A stretch of 64,000 bases of DNA from Torpedo marmorata (Eukaryota). Below are positions 1 through 11,857 of this stretch, piece by piece. The notes beneath the pieces are model-generated. The model searched no databases. It had not been told where the DNA came from and was given only the letters and a program-made list of their open reading frames with translations. Numbering within the stretch: position 1 is the stretch's first letter; every line of letters begins with the position of its first letter. The stretch lies in assembly GCA_977017645.1 (NCBI GenBank), contig OZ360229.1:103850001-103914000 (forward strand), given 5' to 3'. Both the position numbers and the translations under genes were made by a program.

Positions 1-677
1 TGAAGATCCCACTGCAGGTGAATTTTGCATATTGTGCTTGCATTGATGCTACTTAGAGGAGTCCAGGACTTGATAAATGTACTGGGGAAAATGAAAATCT
101 GACTGGCAAATGTGGAGACAAGGTTTCCTGATATTGCACAATGTGCAGAAAACTGGTCTACGTTGGGTTAAGCTGACTTTCAAGAGCACAATAATGTTTA
201 TTTTCTTCTGTTTTGTGAATGAATTTCTTGCCTCATCTGTCTACAATCGCAAACTTGTATCTGCATAATGTTGTACAATATTGTGAAGCAATCTACACAG
301 AATCCCACAAGTTCAAAATTTGTTACCCAAAAAAAGCTTTTGAATTACAGAGCTAAATGTGTTCAATACAACTTATGTAAAACTTTGAACAGACTGGAGA
401 TCTTAAATGTATAAAAAGAAACACTGAAAGATGATCCATTGAGGGCTAGGTTAAGTGGTGATTAGTAGTAGTAAGAAATTGGGTATTTGAGTTAATTAGT
501 AGTGACCTATAACAGGAAGGGAAGTTGAGGGAGCGGCCAGTGAGTGAGTCGCACAGGGAAGGAGTGGAGCACTGAGGCTTTGGCTCAAGAGGCTTCGGAG
601 AGAAGAAGCTGAGGTAGTGCTACCGGTAAGGTTGTTAAGTTTATTCCTATTTAATCTAGTGTAGTTAAGAGGGGGTT

Positions 678-1619
678 ATGGAGGCAGTTGGGTTAGTCAT
701 GTGTTCTGAATGCAGGATGTGGGAGGTCAGGGACATCACAAATGTTCCTGATGACCACACCTGCAAAAGGTGCATCCAGATACAACTCCTGAGAGACCAA
801 GTTAGGGACCTGGAGTTGCAGCTGGATGAACTTTGGATCATGAGGGAGGCAGAGGTAGTCATAGACAGGAGTTTCAGGGAGACAGTCACCCCAAATAGAC
901 AGGAGTCAGCTAACTGGGTGACTGTGAGGAAAGGGAAGGGGGGGAGACAGACAGTGCAGGGAACCCCTGTGGCCGTTCCCCTCAATAATAAGTATACTAT
1001 TTTAGATACTGTTGTGGTGGGTGGGGACCTACCAGGGGCAAGTTGCGGGGGTCAGGTCTCTGGCACAGGGGCTGGCCCCTTGGCTCAGAAGGGAAGGGGG
1101 GAAAAGAGGAGAGCTTTTGTAATTGGGGACTCGCTGGTTAAGAGGAACAGATAGGAGGTTTGCTGGACGAGATCGGAGCTCCCGGTTGGTATGTTGCCTT
1201 CCAGGTGCCAGGGTCAAGGATGTCTCTGATCAAGTACACAGCATTCTGGAGGGGGAGGGCGAGCAGCCAGGTGTCGTGGTCCACGTGGGGACCAATGACA
1301 TAGAAAGAAATGGGGATGAGGTCCTGAAGAAGGAATAATAGGAATTAGGAAGGAAGTTAAAAAGCAGGACTCGAGGGTGGTAATCTCAGGGTTGCTGCCT
1401 GTGCCACGCGCTAGAGAGGGTAGGAATAGGAAGATGTGGAGGATGAATGCGTGGCTAAAGAGTTGGTGCTGGGGGCAGGGGTACACATTTGTGGATCATT
1501 GGGATCTCTTCTGGGGAAGGTCTGACCTGTTCAAAAGGGATGGGCTGCACTTGAACTGGAGTGGGACCAATATCCTGGCAGGTAAGTTTGCTAGAGCTGT
1601 TGGGGAGGGTTTAGACTAG
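678..1619 (+). pseudogene. CR1 ORF1: Cys-rich zinc-finger and coiled coil plus SGNH/GDSL esterase; frameshift and stop
   Basis: ORFs 678-1154, 1123-1338 and 1377-1619 give CSEC..CKRC, a leucine-rich heptad stretch, FVIGDSLV, CLPGARV, HVGTND and DGLHLN, which are the SGNH blocks. Confidence 0.88.
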
Positions 1620-1682
1620 TTTGGCAGGGGGGATGGGAATCAGAATGAGAATGCAGAGAGTAGGGTAGAAGAACACCTAGAT

Positions 1683-4600
1683 TTGAAGGAAGAGAGGAAC
1701 CAGAATGTTAAAGTTAACGAAGGAGAGGGTAATCAAAGGAGTGTATGTGGGGGACATTCTCTCAAGTGTATATATTTCAATGCAAGGAGCATTGCAAGAA
1801 AGGTGGATGAACTTAGAGTATGGATTGATACATGGAAATATGATATTGTAGCCATCAGTGAAACTTGGTTGCAGGAGGGGCATAATTGGCAGCTAAATAT
1901 TCCTGGATTCTGTTGTTTTAGGCGTGATAGAACAGGGGGGATAAAAGGTGGAGGAGTCGCAGTACTTGTTAGAGAAACCATTACAGTGGTGCTATGGCAG
2001 GATAGATTGGAGGGCTCATCCAGTGAGGCTATTTGGGTGGAATTGAGGAATGGGAAAGGCATGAAAACACTAATGGGAGTGTATTATAGACCACTGAATG
2101 GGCAGAGGGAATTAGAGGAGGAAATTTGTAAGGAGATAGAATATATGTGTAATAAACATAAAGTGGTGATTATAGGTGATTTTAACTTTCCACACATTGA
2201 CTGGGACGCCCATACTGTAATAGGGCAGGATGGGTTGGAGTTTGTCAAATGTGTTCAGGAAAGTTTTCTAAATCAATACATAGAAGAACCGACAAGAGAG
2301 GGGGCAGTATTGGATCTCCTATTTGGGAACGAGATAGGTCAGGTGACAGAGGTTTGTGTTGGGGAACACTTTGGGTCTAGTGATCATAATACCATTAGTT
2401 TTAGGTTGATAATGGAGAAGGATAGGGCTGGGCCTAAGGTTGAGATTCTTGATTGGAATAAGGCAAATTTCAAGGAGATGAGGAAGGATTTAGAGGGTGT
2501 GGATTGGGATAATTTATTTTTAGGAAAGGATGTCACAGATAAATGGAGGATATTCAAAGGGGAAATTTTGAGAGTACAGAGTCGGTTTGTCCCTGTGAGG
2601 ATTAAAGGAAGAGTTAGAAAATAAAGGGAGCCTTGGTTTTCAAAGGATATTGGGAATTTGATTCGGAGGAAGAGGGATGTGTACAACAGGTATAGACAGC
2701 AAAGAATAGATGAGGTCCTTGAGGAATATAAGGAGTGTAAAAAAAATCTTAAGAAAGAAATTAGAAAGGCTAAAAGGAGATATGAGGCTGCTTTGGCAGG
2801 CAAGGTAAAAAATAAATCCAAAGGGTTTCTACAGGTACATTAAAAGCAAAAGAATAGTGAGGGATAAAATTGGGCCCATTGAGGATCAGACGGGTAGGCT
2901 ATGTGAGAGGTCAGAGGAGATGGGGGAGATTTTAAATGAATTTCTTTCTTCAGTATTTACAAAGGAAAGGAATATTGAGCCAGGTCAAGTAAGGAAATCT
3001 GGCAGTGAGATCATGGATAATATAAAGATTAATGAGGAGGTAGTATTGGCTATTTTAAAGAGTATAAAGGTGGATAAATCTCCAGGTCCTGACAGGATAT
3101 TCCCGAGGACCCTGAGGGAGGTTAGTGTACAAATAGTGGGGGCTCTGACAGAAATATTTAAAATGTCACTGGCCACGGGGGAGGTGCCGGAGGACTGGAG
3201 GGTAGCTCATGTTGTCCCGCTGTTTAAGAAGGGCTCCAAAAGTAAACCTGGAAATTATAGGCCTGTGAGTCTGACATCGGTGGTAGGTAAATTAATGGAG
3301 AGTGTTCGTAGAGATGGTGTATACAGTTATTTGGAAAGATAAGCATTGATTAGGAGTAGTCAACACGGTTTTGTTCGTGGTAGATCATGTTTGACAAATC
3401 TGAGTTTTTCAATGAGGTTACTAAGAGGGTTAATGAGAGGAAGGCTGTGGATGTTGTCTATATGGACTTTAGTAAGGCATTTGACAAGGTTCCGCATAAG
3501 AGGCTCGTTAGGAAGGTTCAAGCATTAGGTATTAATGACGAAGTAGTGAAATGGATTCAACAATGGTTGGATAGGAGATGCCAGAGAGTGGTGGAAAATT
3601 GTTTGTCAAATTGGAGGCCGGTGACTAGTGGAGTGCCTCAGGGATCGGTACTGGGTCCATTGTTGTTTGTCATATATATTAATGATCTAGAAGATAGGGT
3701 GGTAAATTGGATTAGTAAGTATGCAGATGATACGAAGATTGGTGGTGTTGTGGACAGTGAAGAGGGATATCAAAGCTTGCAGAGGGATATAGGACAGTTA
3801 GAAGAGTGGATGGAAACATGGCAGATGGAGGTTAATACTGATAAATGTGAGGTGCTACATTTTGGTAGGATTAATCAGCAAAGGTCATACATGTTAAATG
3901 GAAGACAATTGAGAAGTGCAGTAGAACAGAGGGATTTAGGAATTCTGGTACATAATTCCCTGAACGTTGAGTCACACGTAGATAGGGTGGTAAGAAAGCA
4001 TTTGGTATGTTGGCCTTCATAAATCAGAGTATTGAATATAGGAGTTGGGATGTCATGTTGAAGTTGTTTAAGGCATTGGTGAGGCCAAATTTGGAATATT
4101 GTGCGCAGTTTTGGTCGCCGAATTACAGGAAGGATATAAACAGAATAGAGAGAGTGCAGAGGAGATTTACAAGAATGTTGCCTGGGTTTCTGGGTTTGAG
4201 TTACAGGGAAAGGTTGAACAGGCTGGGACTTTATTCCCTGGAGCGTAGAAGGTTGAGGGGTGATTTGATAGAGGTATTTAAAATTATGAAGGGGACAGTG
4301 TTATGGACCATGACTGATCATTTGGACTGCGGACGGTCAGGAGGAAGGATGAAGTCTTTTGGAGTACACACTGGGACCAGGTACTGAAAGAGTTAACTTG
4401 CCCAGGACTTGGTGTACCCAGAGAGAGAGAGAGAGCAGAGAAAGACAGGCTGTGGAAAAGATACTTTGTTTCACTTTTGCAAAAGCAGGTGTAGACCTCT
4501 GCAAAAAGCAGGCAGTTTGGAGTTGCAAAGGCTAGAGAACACAGCAAAATCCAGACTTGTGCATCCCAGAGAAAAAGGCTGGAAGAATAGCACATGGCCT

Positions 4601-5434
4601 CCTGTCTCAGAAAAATCCTGAGTTAAAGCAACTTTTGTGGAGAACAGGCGTGAGATCAACGAGACCAGCTGTGAGATCCAAGCACATGCCTCAATCAGTG
4701 GTATACTGATTTGGAGTCGCAATCCTCGTGAATCTCTACCAAAAGGGAAAGTCATCAGAGAAGAAAAAACAAGGCAAGTATTCGTAAGCATAAACAGTCA
4801 TTGTCTCTCTCCAACGTTCATTGAAAAGTCCTTCTACCAGCACACAGAGCTGAATTTGGAACCTGAACTTAGAGAGTGAATTTTTGTGGACTGTATTATA
4901 TTTTTTTGACTGACTTGTTTTTATGACTGACCTGGGGTTTTTGGGGAAAGTTTTTCCATTTTTACATGAGGGTTTGGCACAGACTGTAATGGTCTGGGCT
5001 TTACACACACACACACACACCTTTTAGATAAGAATAGTGTTTATAGATGTTTATAGTGGGGTTAATTGTTGTGAAATTATATGTTTAATTGTCTTTAATA
5101 AATATAAATTTCTATTTTACCCCTTTTGCATTGCGTCTTCTGTCGTTGCTGGTTTGATTTTGTAACAACAGATAGAGTCAATGTGGACAGGCTTTTTCCA
5201 TTGAGAGTGGGGAAGATTCAATCAAGAGGGCATGGATTGAGATTGAAGGGGGAAAAGTTTAGAGGAAACATGAGGGGGAATTTCTTCACTCAGAGGGTGG
5301 TAGAAGGGTGGAACGAGCTTCCGGCCGAAGTGGTAGATGCAGGTTCAATTTTAATGTTTAAGGAAAGGTTGGATAGGTATATGGACGAGGGAGGTGTGGA
5401 GGGTTATGGGCCAGGTGCGGGTCAGTGGGACTAG
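1683..5434 (+). pseudogene. CR1 ORF2: APE endonuclease plus reverse transcriptase; several stops/frameshifts; split by a solo LTR
   Basis: APE motifs are YFNARS, ISETWL, GDFNFP and GSSDH. RT motifs are NYRPVSLTS, DFSKAFDKV, GVPQGSVLGP and KYADD. The C-terminus IMKGT|DRVNVDRLFPL resumes after 5167. Confidence 0.93.
4299..5167 (+). mobile_element. Solo LTR (869 bp), probably Gypsy-type
   Basis: Termini are TGTTA...TAACA with a 4-bp TSD ACAG (4295-4298 and 5168-5171). The CR1 reading frame is continuous across it. The same family occurs inverted at 37532-38977. Strand is inferred. Confidence 0.9.
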
Positions 5435-5614
5435 GTGGGAGAATGTGTTTGGCATGGACTAGAAGGGCCGAACTGGCCTGTTTCTGTGCTGTAAATGTTA
5501 TGTGGTTATATGGTTTAAACTTATGGAATGGATTGACAGGAAAACTCAATGGATAGGAATTTGCCTCAAGGATGTTCCAATACATGATTCACAGATTATA
5601 TTCATTAAATTATG

Positions 5615-6040
5615 GAGTCATAGAATTGTATGGCATGGAAATGGACCCTTGGGCCCTTCATGTCTATGCTGACCTTGCTTATTTAAGTGTCAATCTAAAT
5701 TAATTGTAGATGATAACACCTCCTTCGGAAGCACGTTCCAGATATTGGCCACTCTCTGTATAAAACTTACTTCTCAAATCCATTTCAACCTCCCACCTTA
5801 AAGCTATGCCCTCATCTTTGATACTACTACCAAGAAGAAAATATTTTCATTACCTACCCAATCATTGCCTCTCGTAATATTATATACTCAATTAGGTCAC
5901 CCCTCAGTCTCCTTTGCTTCGGGGAAAACAAGCCCAACGTATCCAATCTCTCCCCATAACTAAAGTCCTCCAATCCAGGCAACATCCTGGCAAATCTCCT
6001 CTGCACTCTCTCCAGCACAACCACATCTTTCCTCTCGTGT
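5615..6040 (-). mobile_element. CR1 LINE 3' fragment
   Basis: ORF 5854-6078(-) encodes LERVQRRFARMLPGL...RRLRGDLIE. A degenerate HE1-like tail lies near 5615-5670. Confidence 0.8.
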
Positions 6041-6191
6041 GGGGCTCTGTTTCCAAAGTTTAACTTCATTAAAGTCAAAGGAACTGTATTTTAAAGCAGA
6101 GTACAATGTGAATTTTCTTCTTGAGGACAATTTTGGACATAATCAATGATAGACAAAAAATACAATGACCAGTGTCTGCATTCATCATTAA

Positions 6192-6947
6192 CGTAATGAA
6201 GTGGCTGCCGCGGACCTGCGGGGAGCGGAGATACAGCACTCCCGCGGGGTCCAACCGCCCAGTCGACTGCCGTCAGCTCCGCACGGGCTTTGAACGGCCC
6301 ATTAAAGGAGCCGACGGTAGTTTTATTTAAAATCCCGCAACCGCGGGGTATGCGCCCAAGATGGCAGCGCCTCTGATCGGCAGCAGCCACGAGGGGTTGC
6401 AGACTTCAGGGGAGCGGAGGACTGGCACAGGGCACCAGAAAACGGGGAGACCATCCCCCGTCTGAGAAGGAGAAGCAGAGGAGACGACCCACAGGACGGT
6501 GACCACGGCGGAGGACCAGTGAGGGGGCACTGCGGCTGAAAGACCAATGCATGCGGTGGGCTGCTGGCGACTTGAGGCGAGGAACCCGTGAAGGCTGCGG
6601 ACTGCTGGACACTGGCTCGAACTGGCTGAAGGGGTACCGGGTATCGGAACGGGGATGCGAGGGGGTGCCGAAGGCGCTGAAGGGTTCCTGACCGAGTCGG
6701 AAGTTCGGATCTGGAGCTCGGGTTGCCAATAGTTTTGACTGGATGCTGTGTGGCTGCCAAGGCGAATCTACGGACACCGGGTGACTCTGGGGGGGACTCT
6801 CTTTTGCTTCTCTTTCTCTGACTGTAAGAGGCGCTTCAGGCAATTTCTGCCGATGGCGAATCTGTCTGCCTTACAGCAGGCGATGGAAATTTTGTGTAAT
6901 ATGACACTGTTTTATTGCATGACAATAAATTGAATCTTGATCTTGAA
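6192..6947 (+). mobile_element. CpG-rich non-coding retro-element (SINE-like or non-autonomous) with a Rex1-like 3' tail
   Basis: It is an abrupt GC/CpG-rich block in AT-rich flanks and ends catgacaataaattgaatcttgatcttga, like the Rex1 tails in this window. It has no credible protein motif. A weak TSD candidate is catcattaa/catctttaa. Confidence 0.55.
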
Positions 6948-8654
6948 CATCTTTAATACAATAACGTTATATTTAGAGCTGACTGGCAATTAGATATTTA
7001 ATCACACAATCATAAAACATGAATTGCAGTTTTAATTGCATTATCAAACAACAATGGAATAATACACTTTAGAAAACTGCAGAGGAAAATGCTTTGAGAG
7101 GGAGAGAAAGAGCCAAATATAGGGGAAATGAAAGCCCAGAAGAGCACAAACAGTGAATCAGATGAACGTGAGACAGAGAGACAGTCTGCTGCCCCAAATC
7201 AGTAGCAAATGAGTGTACAATGCAGCAAACAAAGATCTAGCCTTTAATCAAATGGGACACACAGCACTGTATCCTGAATTTTGTATGATTTATGCACTTC
7301 ACTCAAATTATTCCAAACACAATGTCAACAACAGAATCCTCATCATCACCTCCATAAATCTATTCGAATTATTTGCACTATATTCATTTTAATATGATCG
7401 CAGAATGATAACTGTGCAGAATGAGGATGATCGGCTCTTTGAGTCAATGTCAGCTCTCTGCAACAGCAGCTCCGTTGGTCCCACACTCCACAAATGAGTT
7501 TGCCGACATTCCCTCTCCAGGCAATGCTTTCCAGATGTTCACCATTCACAGAGAAATGTGTTTCTCATGTTTGACCCATCTACCAATGGAAACTGTTTCT
7601 CTCTGTCTAGTTCTCTCATTCTATTGAACACTTTTATTCCTCCAGTCCTGAAAGAGGTCTCTTAGCTCTTTGTGCAAGGCATCTTTCTGTTTTTGTGTCT
7701 TTTCCATGTTGTTTTGATTTTTTACTTCATCACATTACTTGTAACATTTTCTATTCTGCATAGTTTTCATTGATAAAACTGCACTTGTAAAAATAGTCGT
7801 AAAGTCGCACAACAATAAGATAAACATTCTGCGCACATTCAGATAACTCTGATCTGCAACAAACTAGTGGACTCGTCCCAATTCATTTGCCAATAAATTG
7901 ATTTCTCTGGCGTTGTCCCTTAAGTTTCATGTTGCTACTATACATGGTCATTGTGTAAAATGCACAAGAGCTTGTGCTACTGAACGCAGGCATGTTAAGT
8001 GGTTGCAAGTTTAGACAAAATATACACAGCTTTGACATTTACAAAAATCCAGAGCTGCTTAGGCTCCAGCTAAACTCACATTTCACAGCTCCAATCTAAA
8101 TTCTGACAATCCATCAAGAAAGCAAGTGAATATAGTTTAGATAAATTCAAACAAGTCACTCCAGATTGATTGCCGAACCAGTCATTTGCGAAAACATGTT
8201 GGCATGAAGATGAAGGAATTGTTCAATCTTCCTTTGATAGTTTTATGGTTACAGAAGGACGTTCTACTTTGTGGTGAGGTGTAAAGGAAATGAAAGAATT
8301 TGGAGGTTTTACAAAGAGCCTGGTTACCGTAGTTAATCCACAGGCATTAGCTGAAAAAGTATTGCAAAGTTCCAACTAAATGGAGAAAGGCTCAGAGAAT
8401 TGTACGCAATTCCAACAACAAAAACAAAACTGCCCGGTCCTTGTATAAAACCATTGATAATTCGCCTCCAGAGTAGAGAGTTGGATTTTAAGATATGAAC
8501 TGAACTTAAGATGTGTGTTAGAGGTTAGCTATGTGTTACAGAGAAGATGCACTTTCCGTTTCCATTTTGGACATTTCTAATTTCCAGCTTTTCACAAAAA
8601 CACAGTTCAGAAAGTGTACATTTTTAGATCTTTGTCTGGAACTATTTAAGGTTT

Positions 8655-8765
8655 TAGTTCTGATGAAGGGTCTCAACTTGAAAGATGAAATGATTCTCTT
8701 TCCACAGATGCTGCCTGACCTTTGCTACTTTTATTTCAGATTTATACCACCTGCAGTTGTTTTTT
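8655..8765 (+). mobile_element. Degenerate Penelope-type terminal repeat fragment with a decayed hammerhead-like core
   Basis: ctgatgaagggtctcaacttgaaa...cacagatgctgcctgacc resembles the units at 42891-43112 and 57438-57756. Confidence 0.5.
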
Positions 8766-9399
8766 TCTTATAATGATAGAAATTTGCCAGATATATGTCA
8801 TGACATGGGAGGAAGTGCGCTCCACAGTTTTCGTTTGCTTCTCTGAACACCTTAATGTAAGAGAAATATCCTGTCTCTGTGAAAGAAAACTTCTCAATGT
8901 CCAAATTGAAGCTTGTCAAGTTACTAATCAAATCACAATGAGAAAACAAAGGCTATCAATCTGTTTCAAGATTACTCTCTGAGTGGTAAAAAAAATCACA
9001 TTTTAAAATAATCAATTTATCTTCTCAACAATCCTTAAACATCACCTGAAAACAATCAAAGAATTATAAACACATTTTATAAGATACCACAAAAATCCAA
9101 CATGCAAATTCTGCCATTTCACTCAAGACTTTGAACTGCAAAGTGCTGCACATCTGGATCTAGTTCAGGGCATCTGATTCTTCAGACAGACTCTTGCTTC
9201 AGGGCCAGATTTTGTTTGATGCTCTTGTGAAGCACCATGGTTTTTAAAAAAAAAAACTACATTAAGCACACAAGATGTTGCTGCATAATATGAAATTGAT
9301 GCAGAATTTACCCAGAGCTAGAGTTCAACCTTGTAAATTTGGAAGATAAAGTAAATGTTTATTTTTATTCTTTAATTTTAAAAATATTTTTCTCAGACT

Positions 9400-9737
9400 T
9401 CTCTACATGAGGCGGTGTCTTAAAAAAGCAGCCTCTGTCCTCAAAGACCCCCACTACCCAGGCCATGCCCTCTTCACTCTGCTACCATCGGGGAAAAAGG
9501 TACAGGAGCCTAAAGACGAGCACTCAACGGCACAAGGACAGCTTCTTCCCCGCTGCCATCAGACTCCTGAATAATCAATGAACCAAAGACATTGCCTTAC
9601 TTTTCGTGCACTATTATTTATATTTTTTTATAGTAATGTCATAAGATGGTTATAATATGAATGTTTGCACTATGATGCTGCTGCAAAACACCAAATTTCA
9701 TGACTTGTTCATGACAATAAATTCTGATTCTGATTCT
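9400..9737 (+). mobile_element. Rex1/Babar-type LINE 3' fragment
   Basis: Nearly identical to 62590-62927, ending aataaattctgattctgattct. Confidence 0.9.
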
Positions 9738-10812
9738 TTTTAGTGTTTTAATTCCTAATTTTTACTATTAAAATATTTACAGAAATCTTAATAGTTTTTA
9801 CTTGTCCCTGAATACCAGAGAAATTTACAAACTTTTAAATTACGAACTTTAACTCTTGAATGGCAAGGCATGAAAGGCTGTGGGACTAGTATAGATAATT
9901 ACAATAGTCAACATAGTTGGCAAATGGCCTGTTTCTCACTGTGTGACTCTATAATTCTCTGGTACAGGTCTTAAAAACAATCAAAGTTTTGTTTCCAGCT
10001 TTGCTTTCAAGGGCTGTGTGGATGTCCTGGAAGTCGGGTCTCAGGGGTAAACCACCTAAAACCTGGTTGCCACTGCGGTACAGCTACACGTCACCAGATG
10101 CCACCTCAGAGTAGAGGATCAGCTCCATCAGCCTTCTGCATCCATTCTATATACGTGCACTTGTTTAGGTGATGGGCTGCCGCTTGGCAAATGCCAAAAC
10201 AAACCTTGGTTTTCAATATATATACTGTGGTGGGCCTGCCTTGGCAGAGGGTGTCTTGTATTTAAAAGGCTGAAACACCCAATGATACCAAGGAATACAA
10301 CTGAAGTTGTGTCCGATACCGGTTAATATTCCCTAGTGGTCATCCTCCATTATTGTAATCGAGACAACCGACTGTACTAACTCTATGAGAGAGGATCAAT
10401 CTAACCAATACTGAAACATCAGGGATTGTAACACCTAGTCCTATATATCAACAACACCTCATTTGGTTCTGTGTTTGTGCTTCATTGTATTGTTCCCAAA
10501 TGATACTGATAAAATGATAACCTGCTGAACACAGACCTATCGTTATTAAAGACTCATTTTAATGTAGCAGAAGGAACTGAAATCAATCCACTGGTGTGTT
10601 TGCTCTGAAGCATGCTTTTCAAGTCCAGGGCAAAGAGGAGGTAGCTCGACACACCTAGGAGGTTAAAGTAAACAGGTATAGACTGGTACAGAGTATCAGA
10701 ATGAAAGTGGCCAACACAATTGTTCAAATAAGTAAAATAGGTTGCATTTACCTGCATGACCATAATTGTGCGAAATTAAGATGTACACAGCCCTGACATT
10801 ACTCTGTTTGTA

Positions 10813-11572
10813 AAGTTCAAAGTACAAAAGTTCAGATTTATTGTCAGAATACATACATGACATCATATACAACTCTGAGATTCTTTTTCCTGCAGGCGAG
10901 ACAGAATTACCACTTATTGGTAGTGCAATAAAGAAATGTAAACAAACTGACTGTGGAATACAGAGAAAAAAAATTAATAAAGTGCAAAAGTAAGAATCCT
11001 TAATTGAGTCTCTGATTGAGTTTGTTGTTGAGGAATATGATGGTGGAGGTGTAGTAGCTGTTCATGAACCTGGTGGTGCAAGTCTTGTGGTACCTTTTCC
11101 TCTTTCCTGATGGTAGCAGCAAGAACAGAGCATGTGCTGGGTGGTGTGGATCTTTGACGATTGCTGCTGCTCTCTGACAGCAGCGCTCCCTGTAGATGTT
11201 CTCGATAGTGGGGAGGGTTTTGCCTGTGATGTCCTGGGCTGTGTCCACTACCTTTTCCAGGGCTTTTTGCTCAGACGTATTGGTGTCCCCATACCAGACC
11301 GTGATGCAGCCGGTCAGCACACTTTCCACCACACATCTGCAGAAATTTGCCAGGGTTTCCAATGTCATATCAAACCTCCTCAATCTCCTGAGGAAGTAAA
11401 GGCGCTGACGTGCTTTCTTCATGATGCCATTAGTGTGTTGGGCCCAGAAAGATCCTCCAAGATAGTGACTCCCAAGAACTTAATTTCTGATGGAGATTGT
11501 GGAGAAGATGTTCTTACCAATCCTCACTGATTGTTGTCTGGAGGTGAGGAAATCCAGGATCTAATTACACAG
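10813..11572 (-). mobile_element. Rex1/Babar-type LINE fragment; continues at about 20501-20550 beyond Gypsy element A
   Basis: ORF 11000-11422(-) encodes KKARQRLYFLRRLRRF...ITVWYG...PHHPAHALF.LLPSGKR. The host sequence resumes after the TSD at 20501. Confidence 0.85.
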
Positions 11573-11807
11573 TGATGAGCCCATCAATAACTTCAAAAGA
11601 CTAGAAGTTACACTTGAACTGAAAGGCTTTTATTAGCAAAAGAATGGAGCTACATCTGTGCTGGTAATCTGTCCAGGACTGGGGGAGGAGTGGTGGCACA
11701 ATGGCATTTATTCAGGGGGTCTGTGGGAGGAGCCACCGGGACAGTCAGCAGTGGGCATGTCCAGACATATCACCCATCCCAAAACCTATTCATAGTGGAT
11801 TACCACA
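11573..11807 (-). repeat. 3' LTR of Gypsy A
   Basis: Reads TG...CA on the minus strand and is a direct repeat of 20267-20500. Confidence 0.93.
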
Positions 11808-11857
11808 TTCACCCCTCCTTTTAAAAGAGTCCCACGGGGTAAAGGGTGTAACATTAC

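Larger units (their letters stand above)
441..5515 (+). mobile_element. Near full-length CR1-clade LINE (degenerate), interrupted by a solo LTR at 4299-5167
   Basis: ORF1 and ORF2 remnants lie in order. The 3' tail has an HE1-like stem (gaagggccgaactggcctgtttctgtgctgt) and ends in (atatggtt)-like repeats near 5515. The 5' boundary is approximate. Confidence 0.9.

Noticed and set aside
6950-9390. Possible host exons or conserved non-coding elements in unique AT-rich stretches (also 21000-22680, 32200-33830, 44420-45680, 51230-52690, 57800-59770)
   Set aside because: I found no recognisable protein similarity or convincing splice-bounded frame. Small exons cannot be excluded without alignment.
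10020-10330. Possible old retro-element 5' fragment
   Set aside because: It looks repeat-like but has no diagnostic motif or boundary I can support.
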